Shown here: one piece after another, positions 10,404-19,456 of the stretch
Position numbering within the stretch: position 1 is the stretch's first letter
How the letters are laid out: the number at the start of each line of letters is the position of its first letter
Assembly: GCA_965208625.1 (NCBI GenBank)
Contig: OZ242348.1
Span: forward strand, 1,309,567-1,373,566
DNA: 64,000 nucleotides
From: Dehalococcoidia bacterium
GTDB taxonomy: Bacteria; Chloroflexota; Dehalococcoidia; Lucifugimonadales; Australimonadaceae
Reading direction: 5' to 3'
Notes under the pieces: generated by a model
What the model saw: the letters and a program-made list of their open reading frames with translations, nothing else
What the model was told of the DNA's origin: nothing
Database searches by the model: none
Translations under genes and position numbers: made by a program

Positions 10404-10730
10404 ATGGCACTCACCGCGGAATGGCGCTCCTTCGGAGAGTTCGACGTCGTCCTCGTCGTCGAGGACGACATCGTGCGCGAGGCGATGACCGCGGAGCCCG
10501 CCATCCTCAACAACTTCCTCACCTCCATGAGCGGCCTCCGCTCCTGGCGCAGCGACCACGCCGTCGAGGGCGAGAAGGACCGCCCCGAACCGTGGGGCGC
10601 ACTCGTCATCTCCCGCGCCGAGACCGGCGAGATTATCGACATGGACCCGCAACGCTTCTGGACCGGCGTCCACATCTGGTTCCGCTCCCGCGGCGTCGAC
10701 TACGACACGCCCATCGCAACGGGGGCGTAG
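10404..10730 (+). CDS. Hypothetical protein (108 aa)
   Basis: AGGAG RBS and GC3-rich codon usage like its neighbours. No recognisable motif. Confidence 0.7.
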   Translation: MALTAEWRSFGEFDVVLVVEDDIVREAMTAEPAILNNFLTSMSGLRSWRSDHAVEGEKDRPEPWGALVISRAETGEIIDMDPQRFWTGVHIWFRSRGVDYDTPIATGA

Positions 10731-10731
10731 C

Positions 10732-10848
10732 CCCGTCGTTCCTGCGAAGGCAGGAATCCAGAGTGCCGAGCAAATGTAAGGGCACTCCTTGTGGGTGTTC
10801 ATTCTCGTCGTTCCCGCGCTTAGCACGCCTGAGGCAGGAACCTCGCAG
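10732..10848. repeat. Two REP-like copies (one intact, one interrupted)
   Basis: cccgtcgttcctgcgaaggcaggaatcca at 10732-10760. Second copy cgtcgttcccgcg-[cttagcacgcctg]-aggcaggaacctcgcag at 10806-10848. Confidence 0.65.
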
Positions 10849-10862
10849 AGGAGCCTCCTCGT

Positions 10863-12665
10863 CTATGTAACTTCATTCCAAACTTCCGAATCTGGACCTG
10901 GCCATCTTTCTGACACAAGCCTGGCCATTCTTCGGCCCCTTGACCGTATGCTCTCTTCATTCCAAGTGGATTGCGACAGCAACTCGTTGTTGAGCAACAG
11001 AACGCTGTGCTCCTGAAGCTCGTCACGTTTGCATTCCCACGGATCATTGGACATGGACGAATTGAGCTTCTGAGTCACAAGCGTGAGGTTTCCGATGGAG
11101 TGGATGAGAGTGTTGCGCTGATAGATCGCCGCATCCGTATCGATGTCCTCTGGAAGAGGCCACTCCCCTCCGTTCCAACCTACCGGCATCAGGTGCTCTA
11201 TGGTCAGGTTCGTCGGTACGGCAGGCTGTTCAGACTTTCCTGAAGAACGCAACTGACGCTCGATGCCTTCAAGCACCAATCGTAGCCTGCCCCTTGTCAG
11301 CAGGCGATAGAGAGGGGAAGACCCTAAGGCATCGGCCACAGCTTCATCGCTGGGCCATTCCCTGGCATAAGCTCGCTGCTCCTTCAGGAATGCGGCGGTG
11401 ACTGTGCCGGCATTGTCCAACCCGTTCTCCCGCAGGCGACTGGCCAACTCCAAGACTAGTCTGTTGTAGTCCTTCGTGGTCTGACGGCAGATCATTCGAC
11501 GGACAAGGAAACTCTCCAAGCCATTGAAGGCTGCGATACGTGTTTCTGCTTCAGTTGACAGCAGCAGTAGCAGAACAGGCGTAACCACTCCTGCTTGCAT
11601 GACATCTAGGTGGTAATAGAACGACTCCTCACCGGGGCTTCGGCCTCTGGTGGAATCAAAATCCCGGTAGTTCACCAAGTCCCGCTTGATCTCCGACATT
11701 ACCGCCCGGACATCTCGGTTCTTGACGTACTCGCCGAATTTATCGAAGACCCTTGTTGGCGAGACCTCTGAGCCGGTGCGCATCGCCAGCCAGTAGTTGA
11801 GGAGCATGTCAAGGCGCGGCCTGTGCAGGCGCCCCTGTCTGACCTCTGTCCTCCACCACCCATCATCTAGGTTCCCCCATAGGTCACTCTGTCGGTCACG
11901 CTCCTGGGAGAGGACATAGTTCTTGATGAGGTCGGACTGTTCAAGTGGAGTGCCACGAGCGTTCAGTGTCTCGAATATTAGATTCGGGTCGTCATTAGGG
12001 CCGAGGTCAATCACAACCATCTGGAGCATCGATGTCGCTGCGGCCTCAAGTGCATCGACCCGGTGCTCAAGCGGCCCTGCCGCGTCTTGAAGCCACTTGC
12101 TCGCCTGTAGTTTGAAAAACTCGTGCGCTTGGACAATTAGGGAATCCTCAAAGTCGTTTACGGCAAGTCCATTGTCCATGGCATGCCTGAACGCTTCCCT
12201 GTCACCCCTAGTAGGCCACAGCTTGAAGATGTGAAGCCTATCGTCCGCAATGGGCTCTTCGTCGTTGGTGACAAGCTTCGCCAGACGCTTTCCGACTCTC
12301 TGCAAGTACGGGTGGTCTGACTCCTCGCAAATCTGCTGAATCGCATCCAGAAAAAGTTGAAGTGTCGTGACCCTCTGTTGGCCGTCAATCACCTCACGCT
12401 GGTCGATGTCCTTTGCTGCGGTGGGAACCTGCTTAAGGACGATAGCGCCTAGGAAGTGCGGGCTCGTCCTCTGCTCTGCTTCAATTTCGTCGTTGTCCGA
12501 GTGTTCTAGTTGCTCGATATAGTCCTCGGCCACGTTTCGGACATCTTCCCAGAGCGGTTCCCACTGGTCGTCTTGGGACCACACGTAGGGGCGTTGAAAA
12601 GGCGGAATGGTGTAGCGTACTTCTTTCTTGAAGAGATCCTTAGGGGTAAGAATGTCGGTGTGCAC
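10863..12665 (-). CDS. DUF262 + DUF1524 (HNH) protein, GmrSD/SspE-like modification-dependent nuclease
   Basis: IPPFQRPYVW, VIDGQQRVTT, IFETLNARG, TIEHLMP and IGNLTLV...NS. Lower GC than the flanks. GTG start 6 nt after AGGAGG. Confidence 0.9.
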   Translation of the reverse strand: MHTDILTPKDLFKKEVRYTIPPFQRPYVWSQDDQWEPLWEDVRNVAEDYIEQLEHSDNDEIEAEQRTSPHFLGAIVLKQVPTAAKDIDQREVIDGQQRVTTLQLFLDAIQQICEESDHPYLQRVGKRLAKLVTNDEEPIADDRLHIFKLWPTRGDREAFRHAMDNGLAVNDFEDSLIVQAHEFFKLQASKWLQDAAGPLEHRVDALEAAATSMLQMVVIDLGPNDDPNLIFETLNARGTPLEQSDLIKNYVLSQERDRQSDLWGNLDDGWWRTEVRQGRLHRPRLDMLLNYWLAMRTGSEVSPTRVFDKFGEYVKNRDVRAVMSEIKRDLVNYRDFDSTRGRSPGEESFYYHLDVMQAGVVTPVLLLLLSTEAETRIAAFNGLESFLVRRMICRQTTKDYNRLVLELASRLRENGLDNAGTVTAAFLKEQRAYAREWPSDEAVADALGSSPLYRLLTRGRLRLVLEGIERQLRSSGKSEQPAVPTNLTIEHLMPVGWNGGEWPLPEDIDTDAAIYQRNTLIHSIGNLTLVTQKLNSSMSNDPWECKRDELQEHSVLLLNNELLSQSTWNEESIRSRGRRMARLVSERWPGPDSEVWNEVT

Positions 12666-13038
12666 TAGCAACCTCCTGTACGTCTGGGGCGCGGTATCTT
12701 ACCACGGGGGATGGCAAGACCAGCCTCTAGGCCCACTTGCTGTGCGAGTGGTGCGACTGGTGGCGGGATGACGAAAGCGGGGGCTCATCTTGCGGGAGCC
12801 GCTAGGCATCCCCAATAGCCACTCCGCGTCGTGCCCCCCTCCGCATCACACGGCGATGCATCCTCTCAATCTAGGTACGCGATCTACCTTCCCTCCCCCT
12901 CTCCCTCTTCCGTCACACTTGTGACATCTGCCCGTTGCGCACCCAATCCACTCCTCCCTACCCTGTTCCCAACGGCCCGCGCAGCCCGCGCCATCGCCGG
13001 GATGACGAGCCGATACCACAGAGGAGGAATGGCCAGAA

Positions 13039-13440
13039 ATGGCGCAAAATGGCTCACTTTTCAGAGATGACTCACTCACCCACCGTCAGGCAGTGGCTCT
13101 CCCGCACATCGCGGCCGAACCCAACCTGGAGCGAGCAGCCGAAGCGGCCCAGATAGGCAGGCGGACGCTTACACGTTGGATGAACGACCCCGCCTTCCGA
13201 GCGGAACTTGAGCGCATCAGGCAGAACATCTCCGACCTCGGGTTCAACCTGGTGGAAGGACTCACCCTCAAGAGCGCTATCCGCCTCGACCAGCTGCTCG
13301 ACGACCCGGACCCCAACGTACGGCTCCGCGCCCTGAAGGCCGCGCTCTCCCTTTCCCTCTCCGTGAAGGAGCAGAAGGAGGTCCGGCACAGGATCGAGGT
13401 CATCGAGAACGTTCAGCGGATGATGAAGGAGCAGCGATGA
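13039..13440 (+). CDS. HTH protein (phBC6A51/terminase-small-like HTH) with helical C-terminus
   Basis: RAAEAAQIGRRTLTRWMNDPAFR helix-turn-helix, GAGGAGG RBS upstream, ATGA overlap with the next ORF. Confidence 0.6.
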   Translation: MAQNGSLFRDDSLTHRQAVALPHIAAEPNLERAAEAAQIGRRTLTRWMNDPAFRAELERIRQNISDLGFNLVEGLTLKSAIRLDQLLDDPDPNVRLRALKAALSLSLSVKEQKEVRHRIEVIENVQRMMKEQR

Positions 13441-13811
13441 GAACCCCCCTGAGGGCCTTGGAGCGCTACTACACCTGCCTCGCGGCGCAGGTGAAACTCA
13501 AACCCATCGCCGAGGACTACGTCGACCGTTGGATGGACGCGACAGAGCGCGGCCAGTATCCGCCCGATGTCGCGGAACTCTTCGAAGCCGCTGGCGCGGC
13601 GCGCGTCCCTGTCCTCAGCCCCACGCCCGTGGTCGCGTACCTCCGCCAGTGCTACAAGACCCAGCGCATCCCGGACGAAGACCGCATCGTCCAGGCCATC
13701 GCCCACGCCTACGCGGAAGGCGACCTGATGAAGGTGGGCGATACGTGCCGCTGCCCCGCCCGCCGCCCCCTCTTCCAGCGCCCCAGGCGCGATGGCTTCC
13801 GTGGAGACTAG
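13437..13811 (+). CDS. Hypothetical protein, translationally coupled to the HTH gene
   Basis: ATGA overlap. Cys residues near the C-terminus (TCRCP). No known motif. Confidence 0.5.
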   Translation: MRTPLRALERYYTCLAAQVKLKPIAEDYVDRWMDATERGQYPPDVAELFEAAGAARVPVLSPTPVVAYLRQCYKTQRIPDEDRIVQAIAHAYAEGDLMKVGDTCRCPARRPLFQRPRRDGFRGD

Positions 13812-13828
13812 CGATGAGAACGGGAGCA

Positions 13829-13932
13829 CCCGTCGTTCCTGCGAAGGCAGGAACCTCGCAGCCCTGGGGGGACGTGGCAGGGATGTGTGGGGCTTGTCAT
13901 TCCGAGCGGAGTGCAGCGGAGCCGAGGAATCT
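13829..13932. repeat. REP-like palindromes
   Basis: cccgtcgttcctgcgaaggcaggaacctc (25 bp identical to 10732-10756) and gtcattccgagcggagtgcagcggagccgaggaatct. Confidence 0.65.
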
Positions 13933-14038
13933 CTCGGGGGTTTGGTGATCCGGTGTGGGACGCCTCCCCGTTGACACGAACGCCCGCAGGGCGGGTAGGA
14001 TGGCGGCAGACAAACCCGGCCACCCGCAGGAGGACAAC

Positions 14039-14449
14039 GTGTTGCCAACCAGGATCCGAACAGCCCGCTTCGCCGGATGGTGCGCATCCCTCGCCCTGCC
14101 GCTTGTCCTCGTCATGCTCCTCGGCCTGGCCGTTGCCTGCGCCGAACCCACCCCAACGCCAACACCAACGCCGACCCCAACCCCCACGCCAACCGCCACA
14201 CCCACTCCCGAGCCTCCCCCTGCCGCCGGTGGAGGCGGCATCCTGGGCAAGGACCTCTTCGCTCTCCTCGACGAGGCCGACGTCGCCTGCATCAAGGAGT
14301 CGGCGGGCGAAGCCATGTTCGCCATCGCCGAACAGATGACCATCACCATGGCGCTGGCCGACGACCCCGCCGGGGCCGTCATCTTCCAATGCCTCTCAGA
14401 GGAGACGATCGCGCAGCTCGGCGCCGCCATCATCGCTGCAGGAGGTTGA
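14039..14449 (+). CDS. Small lipoprotein with PT linker and a Cys pair
   Basis: GTG after AGGAGG, lipobox AVAC, (TP)n repeat, ACIKE...FQCLS. Confidence 0.65.
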   Translation: MLPTRIRTARFAGWCASLALPLVLVMLLGLAVACAEPTPTPTPTPTPTPTPTATPTPEPPPAAGGGGILGKDLFALLDEADVACIKESAGEAMFAIAEQMTITMALADDPAGAVIFQCLSEETIAQLGAAIIAAGG

Positions 14450-14453
14450 GGAC

Positions 14454-15545
14454 ATGGACAGAACGACGTTCCGGGCGATAGACGGCGACGGCCACATCCG
14501 CGAACGCGACGCCGAGATATGGCAGTACCTCGATGAGCCCTACGGCTCGTCCGAGATCACGCTCAACTACCCGTTCTTCCCCTCGCTGGACGGCTTCCAG
14601 CGAGGCGCGTTCGGCGCGGCAGCCGGCGTGCACAAGCGCAGGGAGGGCGTCATTGACGTCCCCGCCTGGCAGCGTCTCCTCGACGAGATAGGCCTCGACT
14701 ACGCCGTCCTCTACCCCACCGCCGGGCTGGGCGTCGGCATGATCCAGGACCCGGACTGGGCCATCGCCGTCTGCCGCGGCTACAACAGCTGGCTCGACGC
14801 CGCGTACCGGCAGGTCGACCCCCGCCTCGTGGGCGTCGCGCTGCTTCCGCTGCAGGACGTCGACGCCGCCGTGAAGGAGCTGCGCCGCAGCGTCACCGAA
14901 CTTGGCATGGTCGGCGGTATGCTCCCGGCCAACAGCGCCAACATGGGCGTCCGCAGTCCCCTCGGCGACGAGCAGTTCTGGCCGCTCTACGAGGAGGCAC
15001 AGCGGCTGAACGTGCCCCTCGCCGTCCACGGCGCGCCGTCGGTCGGGCTCGGCATCGACTTCAACCGCAGCGTCACCTTCGCCAACGTGCTGGAGCACCC
15101 GCTCTCCGTCATAATCCAGCTCGCCAGCATGTTCCTGGAGGGCGTGTTCGACGAGTTCCCAGACCTCCGCGTCGCCTACCTGGAGGCCAACACCGGCTGG
15201 ATGCCCTACATGATGGACCGCATGTCCGGCAAGAAGCGGCGCGGACGCACGGACTCAGCCGACCTCATGCACAGCGGGCGCGTGCTCGTCAGCGTCGAGG
15301 GCGCCGACCCCGGCCTCCCCTACGCCGTCGACCGCCTCGGCGAGGACGCCATCATCTACGCGACCGACTACCCGCACGAGACGAAGGAGATGGTCGCGGA
15401 GGAGCTGGACGAGGCGCTCGCCCGCACCGACCTGCCGGAGCGCGTCCTCCGCAAGATCTACCGCGACAACGCCATCCGCCTCTACAACTGGCAGGGCCCC
15501 ACGCGGGAGGCGGCCACACAACCTGCGGCAACCGCAACCGCGTAG
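14454..15545 (+). CDS. Amidohydrolase family 2 protein
   Basis: IDGDGH, VLYPT, LAVHG, YLEAN, YATDYPH. Confidence 0.9.
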   Translation: MDRTTFRAIDGDGHIRERDAEIWQYLDEPYGSSEITLNYPFFPSLDGFQRGAFGAAAGVHKRREGVIDVPAWQRLLDEIGLDYAVLYPTAGLGVGMIQDPDWAIAVCRGYNSWLDAAYRQVDPRLVGVALLPLQDVDAAVKELRRSVTELGMVGGMLPANSANMGVRSPLGDEQFWPLYEEAQRLNVPLAVHGAPSVGLGIDFNRSVTFANVLEHPLSVIIQLASMFLEGVFDEFPDLRVAYLEANTGWMPYMMDRMSGKKRRGRTDSADLMHSGRVLVSVEGADPGLPYAVDRLGEDAIIYATDYPHETKEMVAEELDEALARTDLPERVLRKIYRDNAIRLYNWQGPTREAATQPAATATA

Positions 15546-15560
15546 GCCTGTCGGAGCCCG

Positions 15561-16421
15561 ATGCAACCAGACGCGCTCCGCACCGCCGGCCCGGACGCCG
15601 CAGCCACCGTCCGGTACACCTACTGGGCACTCTACGCCTACGGCCACGAGGTCACGCGCAACGAGAACGAGTTGCGCGTCTTCCCTCGCGTCGACGGCGG
15701 GCAGTCCAACGCCGCCTGGGAGGTGCGCACCACGCCGGACGGTGAGCACGCGGAGCACCACGACGCGTTCGGCAACCGGGTCCTCCGCTCGCTCGTCACG
15801 CAGCCGCATCGGGAGATGCAAATCGAAGCAACCGGCTCCGTGGACGTCCGCCTTGCGCAGGAGCCGGTGACCGACCTTCGGATGGAGGTCTACCGGCAGC
15901 GGCTGCTTCCCACCGACGTCTACCTCGCGAAGTCGGCGCTCGTGGACCCTGCCGCGCTCGCCGGGCAGGCGGAGGTGGCTGCGGGCGGCGCGGTGTCGCT
16001 GCTGGAGACCGTCGAGGCTGTCACCGCCTGGCTGCGCCGCAACATCGTCTACGAGCGCGGCTACACCTCTGTGTTCACCACGGCGGAGGAGGCTGTTGCG
16101 CGGGGTCACGGCGTCTGCCAGGACTACGCCCACGTCGCCATCGGCCTGCTCCGCGCCCTCGGCATCCCCGCGCGCTACGTCTCCGGCCTGCTCTCCACCC
16201 AGGTCGGAGAAACGCACGCATGGATCGAGTTCCAGCACCCGGACCACGGCTGGCTCGCCGCCGACCCTACGAGGGGGCTCATGCTCCCAGGCCCCACGGA
16301 ACTGCTGACGTTCGCCGTAGGCCGCGACTACAACGACGCCCGCCCCAGCATCGGCTCGTTCGAGCCGCCCGGCCAGGGCGGGCTGGTGTCGATAGTGGCC
16401 AGCGTGCAGCTGCCGGCTTAG
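15561..16421 (+). CDS. Transglutaminase-like protein
   Basis: GVCQDYAH, RYVSG, THAWIE, DPT, GRDYND. Confidence 0.88.
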   Translation: MQPDALRTAGPDAAATVRYTYWALYAYGHEVTRNENELRVFPRVDGGQSNAAWEVRTTPDGEHAEHHDAFGNRVLRSLVTQPHREMQIEATGSVDVRLAQEPVTDLRMEVYRQRLLPTDVYLAKSALVDPAALAGQAEVAAGGAVSLLETVEAVTAWLRRNIVYERGYTSVFTTAEEAVARGHGVCQDYAHVAIGLLRALGIPARYVSGLLSTQVGETHAWIEFQHPDHGWLAADPTRGLMLPGPTELLTFAVGRDYNDARPSIGSFEPPGQGGLVSIVASVQLPA

Positions 16422-17044
16422 GCCTGCACGGACTCCTTGCCCTCGATGCGCCGCACGAAGCCGACCAGCGCGTAGATGAGCGGAGTGTCCAGCGCGGCGA
16501 TGCCCAGCTTGATGACGTACTGCACGTAGATGAGCTCCCACAGCACGCCGCCTGGCACGTTCCCCGCGAACGCGATGGAGACGAAGATGGCGGAGTCCAG
16601 CGCCTGCGAGACCATGGTGGAGCCGTTGTTCCGCAGCCAGAGGTGCTTGTCCTTCGTGACCTTCTTCAGGATGTGGAACAGGATGACGTCGTTGTTCTGG
16701 GAGATGAGGTACGCGATCATCGACGCCAACACGATGCGCGGCACCGAGCCGAGGATGTCGTCGTAGGCCCCCTGCCCTTCCCACCACGGAGCGCCGGGGA
16801 TGATGCCGCCCACGTACGTGAGCAGCACGACCATCAGGCTCAGGGCGAACCCCGTCCAGACCACGATGGCGACGGTGCGTCTGCCGTACACCTCGGAGAT
16901 GGTATCGGTGACGAGGAAGGTCAGCGGGTACGCGATAAAGCTGACCGACACCTCCCAACCACCCAGCGTAACGATCTTCGTGGCGATGATGTTCGCCACC
17001 ACCAGGAACGTCGTAAAGGCCATCGCGAGCACAGCCAGCGGCAT
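16418..17044 (-). CDS. yhhQ: Queuosine precursor transporter (YhhQ/Vut_1)
   Basis: ANIIATK, YPLTFLVTDTISEVYG, RIVLAS, LWLRNNGSTMVSQ, DTP. Confidence 0.88.
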   Translation of the reverse strand: MPLAVLAMAFTTFLVVANIIATKIVTLGGWEVSVSFIAYPLTFLVTDTISEVYGRRTVAIVVWTGFALSLMVVLLTYVGGIIPGAPWWEGQGAYDDILGSVPRIVLASMIAYLISQNNDVILFHILKKVTKDKHLWLRNNGSTMVSQALDSAIFVSIAFAGNVPGGVLWELIYVQYVIKLGIAALDTPLIYALVGFVRRIEGKESVQA

Positions 17045-17137
17045 CGGTTCCCTCCCATCAGGACGGGGGCGCACCCGGAAGATTGCGGGAGTATATCCGT
17101 TCCGCAGTTTGGAGAAACCCCTGGGGTTGCGGGCAGT

Positions 17138-17908
17138 TCACGCGCCGGGGATCGGCCCCGGGAAAACCCACTGCGACAGCGCCGGTTCAGCCTCCGAACA
17201 AGGCCGCATGAGCAGGTCCCGCCTGACATGGCTGCGTCCGCCCGCCGGTTCGCCGTCGCCTCCCGCCACCGCCAGGCACATGCCATCGCCGCCCACCCGG
17301 AGCGTCCCATCGCCGCCGTACGTGAACCGCTGTCGCGGCGACTCCGAGCACGCCCGCACGTAGAGGCTGGTCCCATCCGCCTCGACGCAGCGGTCGTGCT
17401 CGACCAGGTACAGCTGCCCCTCGGACGGCCGGTTGAATGCGAACATCTCGTCGTCCGCGCCCGGCTTGCAGGTGTGCGCCTGCAGCGGGCGGTCCAGGCC
17501 GAGGCTGGCCCCGAATCCCGCAACATCGACGCAGTAGAACTCCGGCTCGTCCAGCGGGTCCGCCAGCATCACGAGGGTCTCGGACGGCACGCCATCATCC
17601 GTGGGCGCGGCAGTCGCCGGGGTCGGCCCCGGAGTGGGCGTAGCCACGAACGTGGGAGTGACGGTGGGTTCCGAGGTTGCGGTCGGCGCGGGTAACGGCG
17701 TGGCGGTAGGCTGCGGCGCCGGTGCAGATACCACCGTGGAGGTCAGAGTGGGTTTTGACGTCGGCGCAGGTGCAGCCGTAGGAGTGGCGAGGGGCTGCAG
17801 CGTCGGAGTAGGCGCAACCGTGGGGGTGGGCTCGGTTGAACATGCGGAAAGCGCTAACACAGCCAGACAGACGAGCAGCGCAGCCAGTATCCACACTCGT
17901 CTCGACAC
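17138..17908 (-). CDS. Lipoprotein with PT linker and ricin-B-like (beta-trefoil) lectin domain
   Basis: Lipobox LSAC, TP-rich linker, YCVDV...HTCK, RCVE...RACS...QRF, MCLAV...RPCS...QW repeats. Confidence 0.72.
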   Translation of the reverse strand: MSRRVWILAALLVCLAVLALSACSTEPTPTVAPTPTLQPLATPTAAPAPTSKPTLTSTVVSAPAPQPTATPLPAPTATSEPTVTPTFVATPTPGPTPATAAPTDDGVPSETLVMLADPLDEPEFYCVDVAGFGASLGLDRPLQAHTCKPGADDEMFAFNRPSEGQLYLVEHDRCVEADGTSLYVRACSESPRQRFTYGGDGTLRVGGDGMCLAVAGGDGEPAGGRSHVRRDLLMRPCSEAEPALSQWVFPGPIPGA

Positions 17909-17914
17909 GGGAAC

Positions 17915-17920
17915 ATTATA
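17915..17920 (-). promoter_or_regulatory. Consensus -10 box (TATAAT) 6 nt upstream of the GTG start, possible leaderless transcript
   Basis: Minus strand reads tataatgttcccGTG. No SD sequence between the box and the start. Confidence 0.4.
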
Positions 17921-18118
17921 GAAGCGCTGACCCGAGCCGCCATCCCTGCAGGCGGAAGTATGGAATATCCGGCATTGCGCCATGTGATAGCATCCAAAGC
18001 ACGTATCCGTTCATTGATAGGGGAGTTCGTTCCGAAAACAGGCAGTGTTGAGAAGACTGGCTGCGCCCGCCGGTCGAGCGTGTCCGTGCAGAGGATAGAC
18101 GCTACGAGGAGGTCTCCG

Positions 18119-19387
18119 ATGCGGCTTCTCAGACTCACGACCGTTCTGTCAGTCATATTGGCCACGCTGCTCATGGCCGGAGCGTGCGGTTCCGAAGAAC
18201 CCACGGCCACACCGAGACCGGAGCCTACGCCGACACCGGTTCCCGCAGCACCGCAGCCACAGCCGACGCCCACCACAGAGGCGATGATGACTGACGATCC
18301 CACGGCGACGCCAACGCTCGCGCCGGGTCAGCCGACACCTACTCCCGCTCCTCCTCCGGCAACGCCTACGGCCACGCCCGTTCCGCCCCCGTCGTTCGAT
18401 GCCGGCACCTACCTTGCGGGCAAGACCGTCCGGGTCATCGTCGGCTGGGACCCCGCGACGTCGTCCGACCTGCAGGCGCGGTACATCGCGGGCGAACTGC
18501 CCAGGTTCATGGAGGGAAGCCCTCGGATGATCGTCACGAACAAGCCGGGCGCAAGCTCCATCATCGCCAACAACTTCATGGCGAAGGCAGAGCCGGACGG
18601 CCTCACCATCTTCTGGGGTGTCGGTGGCCAGCCGACCAACCAGCTCACCCGAGCGGACGAGACCGAGTACGAGTTCGACAAGTTCGTGCGTATCGGTACG
18701 TTCGAGAACCGACCCGCCGCCTGGTACATCTCCGGCGACGCTCCGTACAGCCGCATCCAGGACGCCATGGGCGGCACCGAGGAGTTCACGTACGGCACGA
18801 CCACGTTCAGCGCCACCGTCGAACTCATGAAGCAAGCGCTCAACCTGCCGGTGCGCCAGGTGCTCGGAATCCAGGGAGGCACCACCGGATTCCTGCTCGC
18901 TTTCGACCGCTCCGACGTCGACAGCATGATCAGCGGCAGCGGCTGGTACCGCATCGCCCGCGACCGTCCGGGCTGGTTCACCGACGGCTATATCGAGCCT
19001 TTCGCCATCATCGCCGACCCGACCACGCGCCTCCAGTTCAACGGCGAGATCAACCCACCGGACGACCTCGTCAACGTGCGCTCGCTGATGAGCGAGGAGC
19101 ACGTCCGCGACTTCGAGATCCTCACGGCCACCGACGGTGCGCTCTACCGCACCGGCTTCCTGCCGCCAGGCACGCCGCACGAGATCCGCAACCTCTTCTC
19201 CGACGCGCTGGTACGGGCATTCCAGGACGCCGCATTCATAGACGGACTGACCAAGCTCATGGGGAGAGCCCCAGACGAACTGATCCCCGGTCCTGCATTG
19301 GATGACATCGCGCAGTCCTTCAGCGTCGCCGACCTGGACGGCGCCTACAGCAGGTGGGACCCGAACTACGAGTCGCCGCTCAACTAG
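18119..19387 (+). CDS. tctC: Tripartite tricarboxylate transporter substrate-binding lipoprotein (TctC/Bug-like)
   Basis: Lipobox AGAC, PT linker, GKTVRVIVG, SDLQAR, NKPGASS, AEPDGLT, LPPGTP. Confidence 0.8.
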   Translation: MRLLRLTTVLSVILATLLMAGACGSEEPTATPRPEPTPTPVPAAPQPQPTPTTEAMMTDDPTATPTLAPGQPTPTPAPPPATPTATPVPPPSFDAGTYLAGKTVRVIVGWDPATSSDLQARYIAGELPRFMEGSPRMIVTNKPGASSIIANNFMAKAEPDGLTIFWGVGGQPTNQLTRADETEYEFDKFVRIGTFENRPAAWYISGDAPYSRIQDAMGGTEEFTYGTTTFSATVELMKQALNLPVRQVLGIQGGTTGFLLAFDRSDVDSMISGSGWYRIARDRPGWFTDGYIEPFAIIADPTTRLQFNGEINPPDDLVNVRSLMSEEHVRDFEILTATDGALYRTGFLPPGTPHEIRNLFSDALVRAFQDAAFIDGLTKLMGRAPDELIPGPALDDIAQSFSVADLDGAYSRWDPNYESPLN

Positions 19388-19415
19388 CGCGAGCAGCATC
19401 GAAGCGCCCGGACAA

Positions 19416-19441
19416 CGGGGGCGGGATGAATCCCGCCCCCG
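19416..19441. terminator. Hairpin between convergent tctC and tctAB, probable bidirectional terminator
   Basis: Perfect 11-bp stem cgggggcggga-tgaa-tcccgcccccg. No clear U-tract. Confidence 0.55.
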
Positions 19442-19456
19442 CTCACGTTGCGAGAA

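Noticed and set aside
13039-13811. Prophage (terminase small subunit)
   Set aside because: No large terminase, portal, capsid or integrase genes in the window.
17045-17137. preQ1 riboswitch upstream of yhhQ
   Set aside because: No recognisable preQ1 stem-loop with an A-rich tail. A covariance-model search would be needed to exclude it fully.
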